From Vicugna vicugna (Eukaryota), in the NCBI GenBank assembly GCA_013265495.1, contig MU060665.1, positions 372,001-436,000 of the forward strand: DNA of 64,000 nt, given 5' to 3'. Made by a program: the position numbers and the translations under genes. Positions 36,601 through 48,829 of this stretch are shown in pieces. The stretch's first letter is position 1. Each line of letters starts with the position of its first letter. Below the pieces are notes generated by a model that saw only the letters and a list, made by a program, of their open reading frames with translations, was not told where the DNA came from and made no database searches.

Positions 36601-37575
36601 CAGAGAACCTAGCCCACAGCTACTGAAGAAATGAGCCCTGGCCAGCCAGATTAAATGAGGCCAGCTGGGCAGGACTGCAAAATTCTTCTCTCCCCCCATA
36701 ACCTTCCATCGTCTCACAGCTCCCACCCAAGATGCTCATACTAACGGCAGAGAGCAGGGGCCACAAGCCCATGGTGGTGTGAGGGCAGCCCTCTGCTGGC
36801 CCTCAACCAAACGTTCTCAAGGACCCTCAGAATGCAGAGATGTTGATGGGTCTCTCCAGGAAAACACCCCTTGGATGAGAGTGGAAGCATTCCTTATCAC
36901 TGCAGGCCAACATCAGAGCTGGCCAGTGCCCTCCCCCGACATCATCTTGCTCAGGGGACTGACACCCCAATGGCTCATGGGAGACCTCCAGTTTTTACCT
37001 AAACCTCCCATTTCTCATGGGCTGTGGTTCATCTCCACAGACATTTTCCTTTGAGGTTAAGTTTTAATTTTGCTTTTTTTTTTTTTTGCGGGGGTAGGGG
37101 GACTGTCATTCCATGCAATGGGGAGAAGACTCCTTTGGGAAGTGGCAAACCTCAAGCAGGAGCAGGTTGGGTCAGTACCTGGATGTACAGTTCATTGGAA
37201 AATTCTGGGTTGCAAGAGGCCAAACTCATGAGTCAGCTGTAAGCTAATCTTTCTGTCCAGCACTCTCCAGATACAAGAATCTTCTAGGTTGAGTCCATCA
37301 GCAGCCATTAAGGACCTCTTATGGCCTCAAAGTGGAAACTGATCTAGGGATTTTTATGATGTTCAGGCCCACAGTGTCCCTTGAACACCTAGGTGTTTCA
37401 AGTCCACATTCTTCCTACCTCCTGCCCTGATCAGATGTGTTGACATCACTGAAATAGTGTGAAGAGCTGCTGAGAAATGGCACATTCAGGTGATGGGACC
37501 AGAGAGGCATGCAGACAAACGTCACCTTGTAATTTGGAGGGAAAGTGGTTTATCAGTTTTGTTTAAAAATAACTT

Positions 37576-38471
37576 ATCGATGCTCAATATCTCTAATTAT
37601 CAGAGAAATGCAAATCAAAACTATAAGAAGGTTCCACCTCACACTGGTCAGGGTGGCCATCATTAAAAAGTCCACAAACATTAAATGCTGGAGAGGGTGT
37701 GGAGAAAAGGGAACCTTCCTCCACTGTTGGTGGGAATGTAGTTTGGTGCAGCCACTATGGAAAACAGTATGAAGATTTTTTTTTAAACTCAAAATAGAGT
37801 TACCATATGTTCCAGCAATCCCAATCCTGGGGATACATCTGGAGAATATTCTAACTCAAAANNNNNNNNNNNNNNNNNNNNNNNNNNNNNNNNNNNNNNN
37901 NNNNNNNNNNNNNNNNNNNNNNNNNNNNNNNNNNNNNNNNNNNNNNNNNNNNNNNNNNNNNNNNNNNNNNNNNNNNNNNNNNNNNNNNNNNNNNNNNNNN
38001 NNNNNNNNNNNNNNNNNNNNNNNNNNNNNNNNNNNNNNNNNNNNNNNNNNNNNNNNNNNNNNNNNNNNNNNNNNGTTAAGTAAGTCAGACAGAGAAAGAC
38101 AAATATCATATGATATCACTTATATGTGGAATCTAAAAAATGATACAAACGAACTGATTTACAAAACAGAGACAGGCACACAGACATAGAAAACAGACTT
38201 TAGGTTACCAAAGGGGAAAGGAGGGTGAAGGGATAAATTAGGAGTTTGGGATTGACATATACACACTACTATGTATAAAATAGATAAAACAATAAGGTCT
38301 TACTATATAGCACAAGGAACTATATTCAATATCTTGTAATAACTTATAATAAAAAAGAATATGAAAAAGAATATACATATCTGTATAACTGAATCATTAT
38401 GCTGTACACCAGAAGCTAACACAATATTGTAAATCAACTATACCTCAATTTTTAAAAAAAGTCACACACAA
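37576..38471 (+). mobile_element. 5'-truncated L1 (ORF2 end plus 3' UTR), antisense in intron 1; spans an N gap
   Basis: L1 ORF2 C-terminal peptide ([39 protein letters not shown]), A-rich tail and perfect 11-bp TSD AAAAATAACTT at 37565-37575 and 38472-38482. Confidence 0.9.
37862..38074. other. Assembly gap (213 N)
   Basis: Run of N inside the L1. Confidence 0.99.
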
Positions 38472-39892
38472 AAAAATAACTTTCCAAGACCATATGGCTA
38501 ACAGATGGGTACATTTCTTCATCCAGCCACCTGAGGAACCACTGCGCAAACTGCTCAAGGGAAGAGGTAGCCTAAGTTTGAAAACCAACATCTACAAATG
38601 CCCTGCTCTATTGCAAATAGCTGGGTTTATCAAGCGCACAGCAGGGGAACAATGGTTCCAGTCCTCCTCTCTTCAGGAAGAGGCCAGTTCCCTAAGATGC
38701 CCACAGTCCTCATTCAGTGACCACTGAAGGTCAGAGTTTAGCACCACAATCAGGAAGCAGCTCCATTCAGAGGCAGCAAATCAGAAGCAAACCACTACCA
38801 CTACACCACACCTGCCCCCCAAATACCCAGTACCTGGGCTAGGCAGATGTATGTCACCACAGGGATCTTTAACTGGGGAAAGGACACTCTGAGATAATGT
38901 ACGTCAAGGAAGGTGTCTGATGTATCATATAGTAAGCACTCAATAAATACTGATTATTATTGTTGCCATATTTACTCAGCTCCAAATGTTATGTTTTTTA
39001 AAATGCTAACATTTCTGTAATATAGTACACTTTAAATCTCTATACATCTATTAGTGGTCGTCTTTTCCCTCTACCTCTCAGGCTTTTAGTAAATGAACGG
39101 TGGGGCTCACAACTCTTAGAATCTCTTAGAATCAAGGAAATACGGTATTAGTGGTCAGGCCAATGAACGGGGAAATGGAGCAAGGGCCAAACACCTGAGT
39201 TGCGCCTCTGGGTTCATGGGGTTAAAGCAGAAGGATCTGAGAGGGCGCATGGACGCAGCGAAGACGGAGAAGGGTGTGACACAGAAGCAAAGGGGCTGGA
39301 GGCAGGAGGTCAGGAGAGGCCTGGAGTCGAGTCAGGGAAACTCTGTCTCAAAGACAAGGCTGAGAAAGGAAGTCTATGGACCAGCTGGGTCAACTAGGGG
39401 TGGAGAAAGAGGCAAGGGAGTAGGGATAGGGCAACGGCGGAATAAGTATCAGTTCCTTTTCTCTCCAGCACTGATCTCACCGCAGCTGGGGAACTTGGTA
39501 GGAAGGGGGACGGCCACAAGGTTGGACTAGAGGAAGCCATAAGGTGTCAGCGAGGAGGAACAAAGGAGACCACGTCGCAGGGATGGGGCAGTAAGCCGGC
39601 AGAGGAGTGACTAGAAAAGAAGAGCAGGTCTGGGTACCCAGGCCGCGGAAATGGGAGAGAAACTCCGGGCACTGGCCAAGGGGAAAGACAGGGAGAAGCA
39701 AGAGCTAAAGATGGAATTAAGAGCCGCGAAACTGGGCGGGGGAGGGGGAGAAGAGGGGGGCAGAGAGGAAGACAGGCGGAGGTGATGGGCAAGGGAAAGC
39801 GGGCGGTGCCGGAGGGGCCTCCGCCGGGCAGGTGGGGGCATCTGTCCCCGTGGGGCGAGGGGAGCGGGCCTCCCTCGCCTCCCGCTTCTCAC

Positions 39893-40154
39893 CTTTGACG
39901 TCGTCGGCCAGCGCCTTCCACGTCGGGGCGAAGGCGATGCAGTGTCCGCACCAGGAGGCGAAGAACTCCACCGCCCAGGCGCTGCGGGAGCCCTGCACGG
40001 CGCGGTGCACGGTGTCCGCCCGCAGCAGCGTCAGCGGGTCGGAGGCCGAGTAGAGCGCCGAACGCGGGGCCGCGCCAGCGCCCGGTACCGCCAGCAGCAG
40101 CAACAGCAGCAGCAGCGACGGCGGCGGCCCAGAGCCGCGGCCGCAACACCCCAT
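39893..40154 (-). CDS. QSOX1: QSOX1 exon 1 coding part (signal peptide, Trx1 WCGHC)
   Basis: ATG at 40154 in strong Kozak context (ccgaggATGg); MGCCGRGSGPPPSLLLLLLLLAVPG...FFASWCGHCIAFAPTWKALADDVK; donor AAAG|GTGAG; 262 nt. Confidence 0.97.
40092..40115 (-). repeat. Interrupted CTG repeat encoding Leu8 of the signal peptide
   Basis: Plus strand reads (CAG)3 CAA (CAG)4. Confidence 0.9.
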
Positions 40155-43100
40155 CCTCGGCGACTGCGCCCACCACCACGCACAAGTTTCGGATGAGTTG
40201 GTGTCGGGCGGCTCCGCGGCACCTCCTGCCCCCGCCGGGAGGCGGAGCCACGTGGCCCCGCCCACCGCGGGCGGGCCCCGCCCCTGCCCCGCCCCGCCCG
40301 CCCTCCTGTGGGCGGGAGCTGGGGCCAGGAGTTCCCGGCCGGCGGCGAGCGCCCCCTTCGGCGTCCGCCCAGCCGTCAGAGCCAGGCCGGTTGCCGCCTC
40401 GGCGCTAGTAGCGAAGGAGCGCAGCCCAGGGGGCGCAGTCCGGGACCTGGAGCCCACCCGCCTGATGAAAGGTGCGAGACGTCCGCGGGGCAGAGCCCGG
40501 GACCCGCGTTTCGGCCGCCGCTGGGGACTCGGGGAAGTCGTTTGGCTTCTCACAGGCCCCGTATCCAACGGACAAAGAGTCCGTTGGAAGATTGGACCGA
40601 TTTATGCTGTCCTAGGGAAGTTCTGGGGATCCCACCAAGCGATAAGATGGTGTGAATTAGAAGCCTGTGGGAGAGGAGAGGGACAGGTGCAGTCTCTGAG
40701 TCTGTGACCACGGTGACCCCACGGGAATCAGATGTGTCCACCCCTGGAGGCCTGTGACCGTCCAAGGAGAGCATTATTTCAGGGCTTCCTAGTCATAGAT
40801 GAGAATCCCTCTTATTTTAAGCTGGGCTGGATTGGCGTGGCCATTGTGTGGAATCAGGGTTTCCTCAGCACACAAGTCTGGCCGCCCTAAGGTTGTTAGA
40901 ACGAGCCCTCCAACTGGGGCTCCTAGCAGCCCAGATCCCCCACAGTTGACTCTCCAGCCTACTCACAGAGCTCCATATATTCACTTACGTGGCGCTCTCA
41001 CAAGTAACCTGATAACTGATCTTGCGTTCATGTGTACTAAGGAGTTAATGTTTAATTTTCCCTGGTCGACCTTGTGTAGCTCCAAAGCTGAGTTATTTTA
41101 AGGGGATCAGGCTTTCCTCAGAGGACTATCACAAGTGATCTTTTTTCTGGTGTCTTCTTCTGGATTAGCCCACCTCACCTGTAAGCCATCTGAGACTAGA
41201 TTTGCTATTCATTCAACATTTACTGAGCGGTCTCTTTGTGCCAGGCACTGTTCTTGGTACTAAGGATAAGGCAGTAAATAAAACCAAGTCATGGAACTTA
41301 CATTCTAGTGGGTGTAGGGATAGAGAGATGATCCGCAAGTAAATGTAGCTCTATGGTGACAAAGGCTATGAAGAAATATACAGTAGGGTAAGAATAGAGT
41401 GACAGAAGAAGTGATATTTTATTTTATACAGGGAGGTCAGGGATGGGCCCATCCCTCATATTTGCAGGGCCTGGGCCAACAGGACAAATGGAAGCCCACA
41501 TATCATATGTCCACATATTTAAAAATTATAAACCAAGTCACACTGTTATGTTAAATTCCTATCCTTTTATTTTGACAGGTATACCTTCATAATAATATGG
41601 AGGGCCAGATTTAAGTTTAGAATTCTTGGACTCTCCTAAGATGTGCACTGGAATGGGGCCACTTAGGTGGTAACTGGTCCCTGGCCCTCAACTTTACTGC
41701 TGCTCTTTGCACCTCAGCTGTATCCCACACTTCAAGATGCCTGCACCTGTAACATCCCTGTCTAACATCTGAGCTCCTTTCACATCTACCCCAAATAGCT
41801 ACTCCTTGGCTCCTCAAGAGGACAGATCTTGGGAAAAGCCTGATACAGTCACTAGAAGCTGGCCTGGTGCTATTGGGGCAGTGAAGTTTAGGGTCTCAGG
41901 TACCAGCAGTATGATCTAAGAAGAGGTGATAAACAGGAGCTTTGGGTGGGCGCTTCCCCTTGGCCCGTGGGCTTCTAGCTCTATGGAAAGGGACATGGCT
42001 GGAAGAGAGCTGGAGAGCTCAGAAACCAAGGCAGAGGCTCCTCTTGCTCCAGTCTTAAGGCAGTTCTAATGACATAACATTTGCGCCAAAGACCCAAATG
42101 AAGAATGGGAGGGAAACTTGTGGTGATCTGGGATAAGAGCATTCCAGGCAGAGATCTGGAGGTTGGTGCTTTTGCTCCCTTCATGCATTCATATTCTCTG
42201 TGCCAAAGTCTTGAGCTCCATAAAGAAATTACATATCGACCAGTTAGTACCTCCCCAACCCGGATGCTGTGTGCTCCTGCCTGAGAGTCAGCCCCTGTAC
42301 AGCTTCTGCCTCCCACTTCCCTCACTCCTAGCAGGCCTGGCCTGGGGTCATCTGGATAGATAGTCCCCTAGCAACCTTAGATTCCAAGGATTGGAAGTAC
42401 TCCAGCAGCTAGATCACGTGCCAGTAAAGGTCAGGTGCCTTCAGTTGTGTCTATTGTTAAGCAGTGTTGTAGTTACCTTCCCCAGGGAATTCCCTGGGAG
42501 TTAAGGGGACAATGCTGAATGTGCAGAGCACCTGGCAAGGACAGCCCACGCAAATGCACAAAGATTTGCTTGTTCACACATCTATATCAGAACATCAGAA
42601 ATGGGAAAGAATACAAACGACCTGAATGGAGTAGATAAAGTTTCTTGGCAAATGGGGCCAAAGAAATTAGCACTGAGAGTTGTAACACGTGGGGCTTCAG
42701 TATCTCAGAACAGCAATACAGGGATTTTCAACTTGAAGTCTTGGAAGTCTGTTCGAACAGAATCTTAAAAGGAGTCTTAAAGAGACAAAAGCAAGCTGAA
42801 GGCTGTGACCTATGGCAATATCCACTTTCTGTGGTCCATGGAGCTTCTTGGGAACCTCAGGACTCCCCAGGCCACCATTCGAAAACCACTGGTCTAGAAC
42901 CGAAAGCAGAAAACATAAATATCACAACTTCCCTGCTTGCCTTTCCAGGAGCTCCCTGGGATAAAAGGTGGCAGAGGAGGAAATCTACTCAGGAATGAGG
43001 TGTGGAGGGGGAAGATGTGCTGAGGAAAGCAAGCATTAAAAATGGGGCAAAGGGGGACTTTGGAATTCCTACTTAGGTCCCCTGTTGCTCTTCCTGCATA

Positions 43101-45409
43101 CAAGCTGTAGGAAAGTAAGCCAAGATAAATCAGATGAGAGAACAAGAACAATATTGACTAATAGTTTGCACCTACTGTTCTGAGCACTTATTAGATGTTG
43201 CTCATTTAATCCTCACACCAACCCGGAAGTTGAGAGTGTCATTGTCCCATTTTTACAGATGACCGAGTTCCAAGAAACCCTGTTGACTTTCCCACTTGTG
43301 AATCATTTGTGTGTTATAAAAAAGAGGGAATTTGGGAGTCTGTCAACCAAAAATGAGATAGATGGTAAGAGGAATGCAGTTCATACACCAGTACAGATAA
43401 TTATGGTGAGCAACAGAATAGTGTTTGGTAAAATGTGTCAGCTGGTAGCAGAGCATTAGATGACCTTCCACCTCCTCATTAGCACCGAGGATCAGAGTGG
43501 GGGGGTGTGCAGCTGGAAGGCAAGTGCCCAGCAGCGGAGAAGGGGTCTCTCTGCTTTGTCCCTTCAGAACTCACCTCTTGGTCTTCCAGATGAACCTTTC
43601 CATAGCTGGGGTCAGTTAGAATATCAATTCCGAAAGTCAGAAGAGAGTAAGAGTCTGTACTGTTAGATATGGCAGGAAAGAGAAGGCACATTCCAAAGGC
43701 TGCTGACGGGAATTTAATGGATGGACTATTTACAGAGGGGTGTGCAGGGTAGAGGGAACTGACAAGAGATGTGAGGTCCCTAATGACTGAAAACCGGAAG
43801 AAGTCCTTTGAGCACACCTCCACGGAGGAGGCAAGGGGAGCGAACTGTGTGGAAAACCAGTGGGAGCTGAAGTCGGGGAAGAGGGGCCACCCAACCTGAG
43901 CCATGACCGCAAAATGCCACCACTGCCAAGGACACAGCAGGGAGGAGAGCAGGGAGGCACCGGGAATGTCTCACTTCCACCTCCGGCTCCTCCAGTCCTG
44001 GATGTCTTGCCAGCGCCTCCCACTGGCCAAACCCAATCAGATCTAGAGGTGAGAGTGCACTGATTATAGTCCACAGAAGTGGGCTTCCAAGACAAAAGGT
44101 GGGGTAGAGGAGGATGGAGAATGCAGAATACTGTATCCAAACTTGGGCCCTTCAAGACCTTGGAAATGAGAATGGAAAACATGAAAATCCTTAATGGTCC
44201 TTCTCTGAGTCTCCTGGGTGGGAGCAGGGAACTAGAAATCTACGCGCCCACCAGAGAGCCAGCACAAGAGAGCTGCTAAGCAGTTCCTTCCAGCTCCTCA
44301 TTCCTTCCTGTTCACACTCAGTCCAGTTGTCTTATTCTTTATCTGTCGAGGAGACTGAAGCCCAGAAAGGTAAAGGGACTTGCTCAAGGCCACACAGCAA
44401 GGTGATGGTGGAATCCATTTCTGTCAGGCTTTCCAACATAGCTATTGAAGTACTGGGAACCTCAGTGCAAGGGATATTTAGGGCAGAACCCCATGTTCAG
44501 GTAGAGCGTCCCTGGTCCCCAGGTCACTTGTTGGCAATTCAAAAGGAATAGGCAATCCTCCCTCAATGTCTCTCATACCCTGTGCACTTACCCCCTTCCC
44601 CACCAAAGACTAATTCTTTAAAGTGGAATGAAGCTATGAGGCTGTACAGTCAAGGCCTTCTTGTCTGGGCTCTCTGGCCAATACCAGGAGTGAAGCCTTT
44701 CGGGAACCTGCAAGTCATCAAATGAGGCCTGAAGTCAAAAGCAAGAAGGCCACATTGCTGGGGTGCTGGGGTGGAGGGTGTCCAATCTTCCCCGTAGGAG
44801 GCTTCAGGGCCCTGCCAGCTTTGTGATTCTGTGAGATTGATCTGGGGGAACTTTAGGCTTCCAGAGTAGAGGTCCTAATTTTAAATAGTTCCTGCCACGA
44901 CTTAAGGGTGTCTCCTGGAGTTCTTGCATAGCCAATAAATGTACATAACTATAAAGTATAACACTATTTCTGTGAAAGGACAGAGTTTATACACTTTATA
45001 CATATGTATGTATAAAACAGGAGCATTCTCAGGATTTGCCTGAAGAGAAATATAACAAGGTCAGCATGTCAGTGGCTGCACTATGCATGTGGGTGCGGAG
45101 GGAAAGGGGTGGGAGGAGCAGGGACAGGTTGGAAGTGGGCCATCAGCTGAGGCTAGGATGGGGACACTTCTTCCCCAAAGCCACCAGTTTTGGAACTTGC
45201 TTGGAAGGTGCTGGGGTGTGGTAGTTGAACAGAGGTTATTTTAAGTGTGGAGTTCTCATCTATGAATGCCATGGTGATCATATCTTATTCATCTGTGGTT
45301 CCATAAGTCCTCAGACCAGTTTTACCAGTCCAAGGGTGAAAAAATTTTTTTCATTTTGAAATTATGTATTTCTTAAATATTTCTTTTGAAAATGAAATAA
45401 TTAAGAGAT

Positions 45410-45700
45410 GAATAGAGCACAGAAAATTCTTAGAGCAGTGCAACTACTCTGTCAGATACTATAATGGTGGATGCATGTCATTATACATTTGTCCAACATC
45501 ACCAAGAGAGAACCATACTGTAACCTGTAGACTCAGTGTTATGATGTGTCACTGTAGGTTCATTGATTGTAACAAAGGTACTGCTCTGGTGGGGACACTG
45601 GTAATGGGAGAGGCATGTGTAGGGACGGGGGTATGGAAGAACTCTGTACTTTCTACTTAATTTTGCTGCCAACTTAAAACTGCTGTAAAAAATAAAGTGA
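45410..45700 (+). mobile_element. Old L1M (L1MB/MC-like) 3' UTR fragment
   Basis: Recalled L1M 3' UTR motifs (gatactataatggtggat...cattatacatttgtc; gaactctgtactttctacttaattttgctg). Confidence 0.7.
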
Positions 45701-48060
45701 ATAAAAAATGAAATAATGATGATAAAGGACAGGTAACTTAAAAAAATTATACTTAATAGAAAAATCAAATTTGGTACCCTATTTGATCCCTGAAGTATTT
45801 TGGGAAACATTGCTGGCCTATGACAATCACAAAAAGAGTTTATGAGATTGACTTGTTGAATGTGTAAAGCTCAGGCCACACTTGGCTGGCTCTTGCCGTC
45901 AGAGTGAGAGCCTTTCTAGTGCCAATTGCCCACCTGCAGAAAGACATTTTCCACGATCTGGAATTCAGAGCTTGGGTGAAATGTATAGAGGGCATTCAAC
46001 TGTCATGGATCTGAGCAGAAAGCTAACAGCAATCACCTCCCAGTTTGGAATTACTGAGGCTTACTATGGACCAAGCACTGTGCTAAGTAAAGGGGCTTGG
46101 GGTGGGGGGTATGGGGGTATATGTCGGCGAATAACACCCCTGTGTCCCCTCTCAAGTAAGGAACAAACGTAAGAAACAAATAGACTAGAACTCCTCCACT
46201 TCCTTACAGATGAAGCTGAATGGAGAATGTGGCTTAGACGTGCTTCCACAGAGAATCCCTAATTGAGCATAACCGCCAACTGCAGGCCCTCTCCGCGGGG
46301 GCTGCACCTGTCTGGGGAGCCGGCTGAACAAATGAGGAGACACCAGGAGGCACCTGCCCGCACGCTGGCGGGTCCCAGGGAAGGAGACCCTGGCAGGGAC
46401 TGAGCCACACTGTTGATTGAGTGCCTTTCCCCAGGTTTACCGATTAAGGCCCCTGTCCTCCCTCTCAGCAAGGTGAGTGAGGACCAGGGAAAAGCCAGGC
46501 GTGTCGTTCCTTGGCTCGTTCTCTTTCAGGGAGGGGATGGAGTGGAAATCCCACTGTCAACCCTGAGTGTTTTGGATGTTTTATCTCACTTAATCCTCAG
46601 AACTATCCTATGATGTTGTGATCTCCACTTTGCAGACCTGGCCACTGAGTTACAGAGAGCTAAATAACTTGCCCAAGTTCACACAGCTATAAGAGGGCAG
46701 AGCTCGATTTCAGCACCAGATCTCTGTGTCTCCAAAGCTCGTGCTTAACCGCAGATCTGCAGTGGCCTCCAGGATGTCCTGGATGGAGTCCCTGAGACCA
46801 TGCCCTCCAAATTCAGCAATGGTGGTCAAAATGGCTAAGGTACATACCACAGTTCTATATCTATAAATATATCTTACAGCTGTACCTGTGAAAATGTCTA
46901 CAGGCCTAGGAAGGCCACCCTGGCTCCCACATGAAGGGTGAATCATAGGACCCTGCTCTTAATGCCTTATAAACCATCCTGAAGTTGTCCCTGCGCACAA
47001 AGAAATTTAGTACATGTGTTAAAACTGGAAATCTGAATGTCTGAAGCCCAGCTGTCGGTACAGGGTCAGCTCTAGCTATTGTAGGGGTTCAGGGGTTGCT
47101 TTTCTCTTTCTTGTCATATAGCCGTTAAAATAGTGAGGTGGACTTACGTTAATGACACAGAAAGGTACCCAAGATAAATTAAGTGAAAAAAGCAAGTGGC
47201 AGGACAGTATGTATCACATGATCGTGTTTGTGTAAATATTTCAAAGATATGCATGCATATACGTGCATTATTCTTAAATAAATGTGCCTCTGAATTTATA
47301 GAAAACCTTTGGTTAACTTACCAGAATTGCCTGTTGTATTACCTCTTGGGTGGCCATGGTGGGAAGGAAATTTTTTATGTTGTGACTGTTTTATTTGAAA
47401 AAATTTTTCATGCTCATAAATTCACTTTAAAAAAATCAACTTTACTGAGGTATAATTTACACACAATAGAATTCACTCATCTTCAGTGTACATTTCAATG
47501 TGTTTTAAGAAATGGTGTGTACCTACATAGCTAACAGTGGAATCAAAATAGAGAACATGTCTGTCTCCGCATAAAGTTCACTTGTACACTTTAAAGTTCA
47601 GCCTTCCTACCCCCGCACCCCCTAGCCCCAGCCCCAGGCAACCCCGGATCTGCTTTTTGTCACTATAGTTTAGTTCTGCTTATTCTAGAACTTTATACAA
47701 ATGGGACCATACAGACGAAACTGTTTTGGTTTTAGCTGGTTTTGCTCGGCATAATGTTTTGAGATTCATTCTTCTTGTGGCATTTCCTCAAAAAGTTCAA
47801 CACAGAGTTTATCCATTTTTCATTTTTCAGTTTTATTAGGTAGAATTGTTACAGTTTGACTGCACATGTACAATATATTGTGTGTAAATACATATACACA
47901 ATATACTGCACATATTTTTAAACTTACATATATGTACTGTTTATTGTTTCTAAGAACATTTAGAGCCTTAGCTTTCTTAACTTACATAGTTATCAAAGGA
48001 ATAATTGCCAAGATAGATCCATTTATCATTTGATGGACATCTAGGTTATTTCCACCTTTT

Positions 48061-48207
48061 NNNNNNNNNNNNNNNNNNNNNNNNNNNNNNNNNNNNNNNN
48101 NNNNNNNNNNNNNNNNNNNNNNNNNNNNNNNNNNNNNNNNNNNNNNNNNNNNNNNNNNNNNNNNNNNNNNNNNNNNNNNNNNNNNNNNNNNNNNNNNNNN
48201 NNNNNNN
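48061..48207. other. Assembly gap (147 N)
   Basis: Run of N. Confidence 0.99.
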
Positions 48208-48279
48208 TTAGAAAAAAATCACCTAATTTTGTTTCACTTTTTCAAAATTGTCTTGGCTATTTTAGTCCTTTGCATTTCT

Positions 48280-48415
48280 TTTTTTTATTATTATTGAGGT
48301 ATAGTCATTTTACAATGCTGTGCACAATTGTTGAGCACAATTTTTCAGTTATACATGAACATACATACATTCATTGTCACATTCTCTTTTTCTGTGAGCC
48401 ACCACAAGGTCCTGT
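48280..48415 (-). mobile_element. Short young L1 3'-end insertion (about 136 bp)
   Basis: Poly-T start, L1 3' UTR text and 14-bp TSD TCCTTTGCATTTCT at 48266-48279 and 48416-48429. Confidence 0.8.
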
Positions 48416-48829
48416 TCCTTTGCATTTCTAAGTGAATTTTAGAATCAGCCTGTCAATTCTAAAATTTAAAAAAAGCTTGCTGGAATTTTGTTTGGGAGTG
48501 CATTGCATCTATAAATCCACTTGGTTTGCTACATTTTAATTTTTTTTTTAATTTGACTTATTTTCCAAACAATGCTTTCTAGGTGGGGTCAGACTCGTAG
48601 CTAGGAAGCAAGGACTCCAGGCTGAATTGCTGAAACCTTTTGCAACATCTTCAGGGTTAGAGTGAAGCAATTTCAAGATAGCTCGTGCAGTAAGACAGGC
48701 CCGCGGAGCCTGGAGTAAGCCAGTGGAAGCCTTCTGTAATCATGTCTGTTTTGTACATTTATTACCTCATTTGTTTGCTTGCTGTTAACCCTCAGAATTT
48801 TAGTCATCTTTGAAAATTCCAGCCTATCG

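Larger units (their letters stand above)
1800..40154 (-). other. QSOX1: QSOX1 gene span (approximate poly(A) site to start codon); 12 coding exons, 745-aa membrane-anchored isoform
   Basis: Twelve exons with GT-AG boundaries join in frame to 2238 nt. The protein has a signal peptide, Trx1 WCGHC, Trx2, helix-rich region, Erv/ALR domain (CRDC, CSAC) and a C-terminal TM helix, matching mammalian QSOX1 as recalled. Confidence 0.98.
39700..40600. promoter_or_regulatory. CpG-island promoter of QSOX1 with GC-box cluster
   Basis: Very high GC and CpG density across exon 1; tandem GGGCGG boxes at about 40268-40320; palindromic E-box at 40247-40256; CCAAT on the minus strand at 40591-40595. Confidence 0.9.
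47380..48570 (-). mobile_element. Old L1M 3' region, containing an N gap and a younger L1 3'-end insertion
   Basis: actttactgaggtataatttacacacaataga is a typical reverse L1 3' end. Boundaries approximate. Confidence 0.7.

Noticed and set aside
39942-40196. Antisense ORF with a poly-Q tract
   Set aside because: It is simply the reverse complement of the Leu-coding CTG repeat.
39717-40568. 283-aa ORF extending 138 codons upstream of the QSOX1 ATG
   Set aside because: Starts at TTG with no in-frame ATG before 40154. Stop-free frames are expected in a CpG island, and an extension would bury the signal peptide.
44013-44026. CTCF-like motif
   Set aside because: Lies in what looks like an ancient ERVL-type LTR remnant; partial match only.
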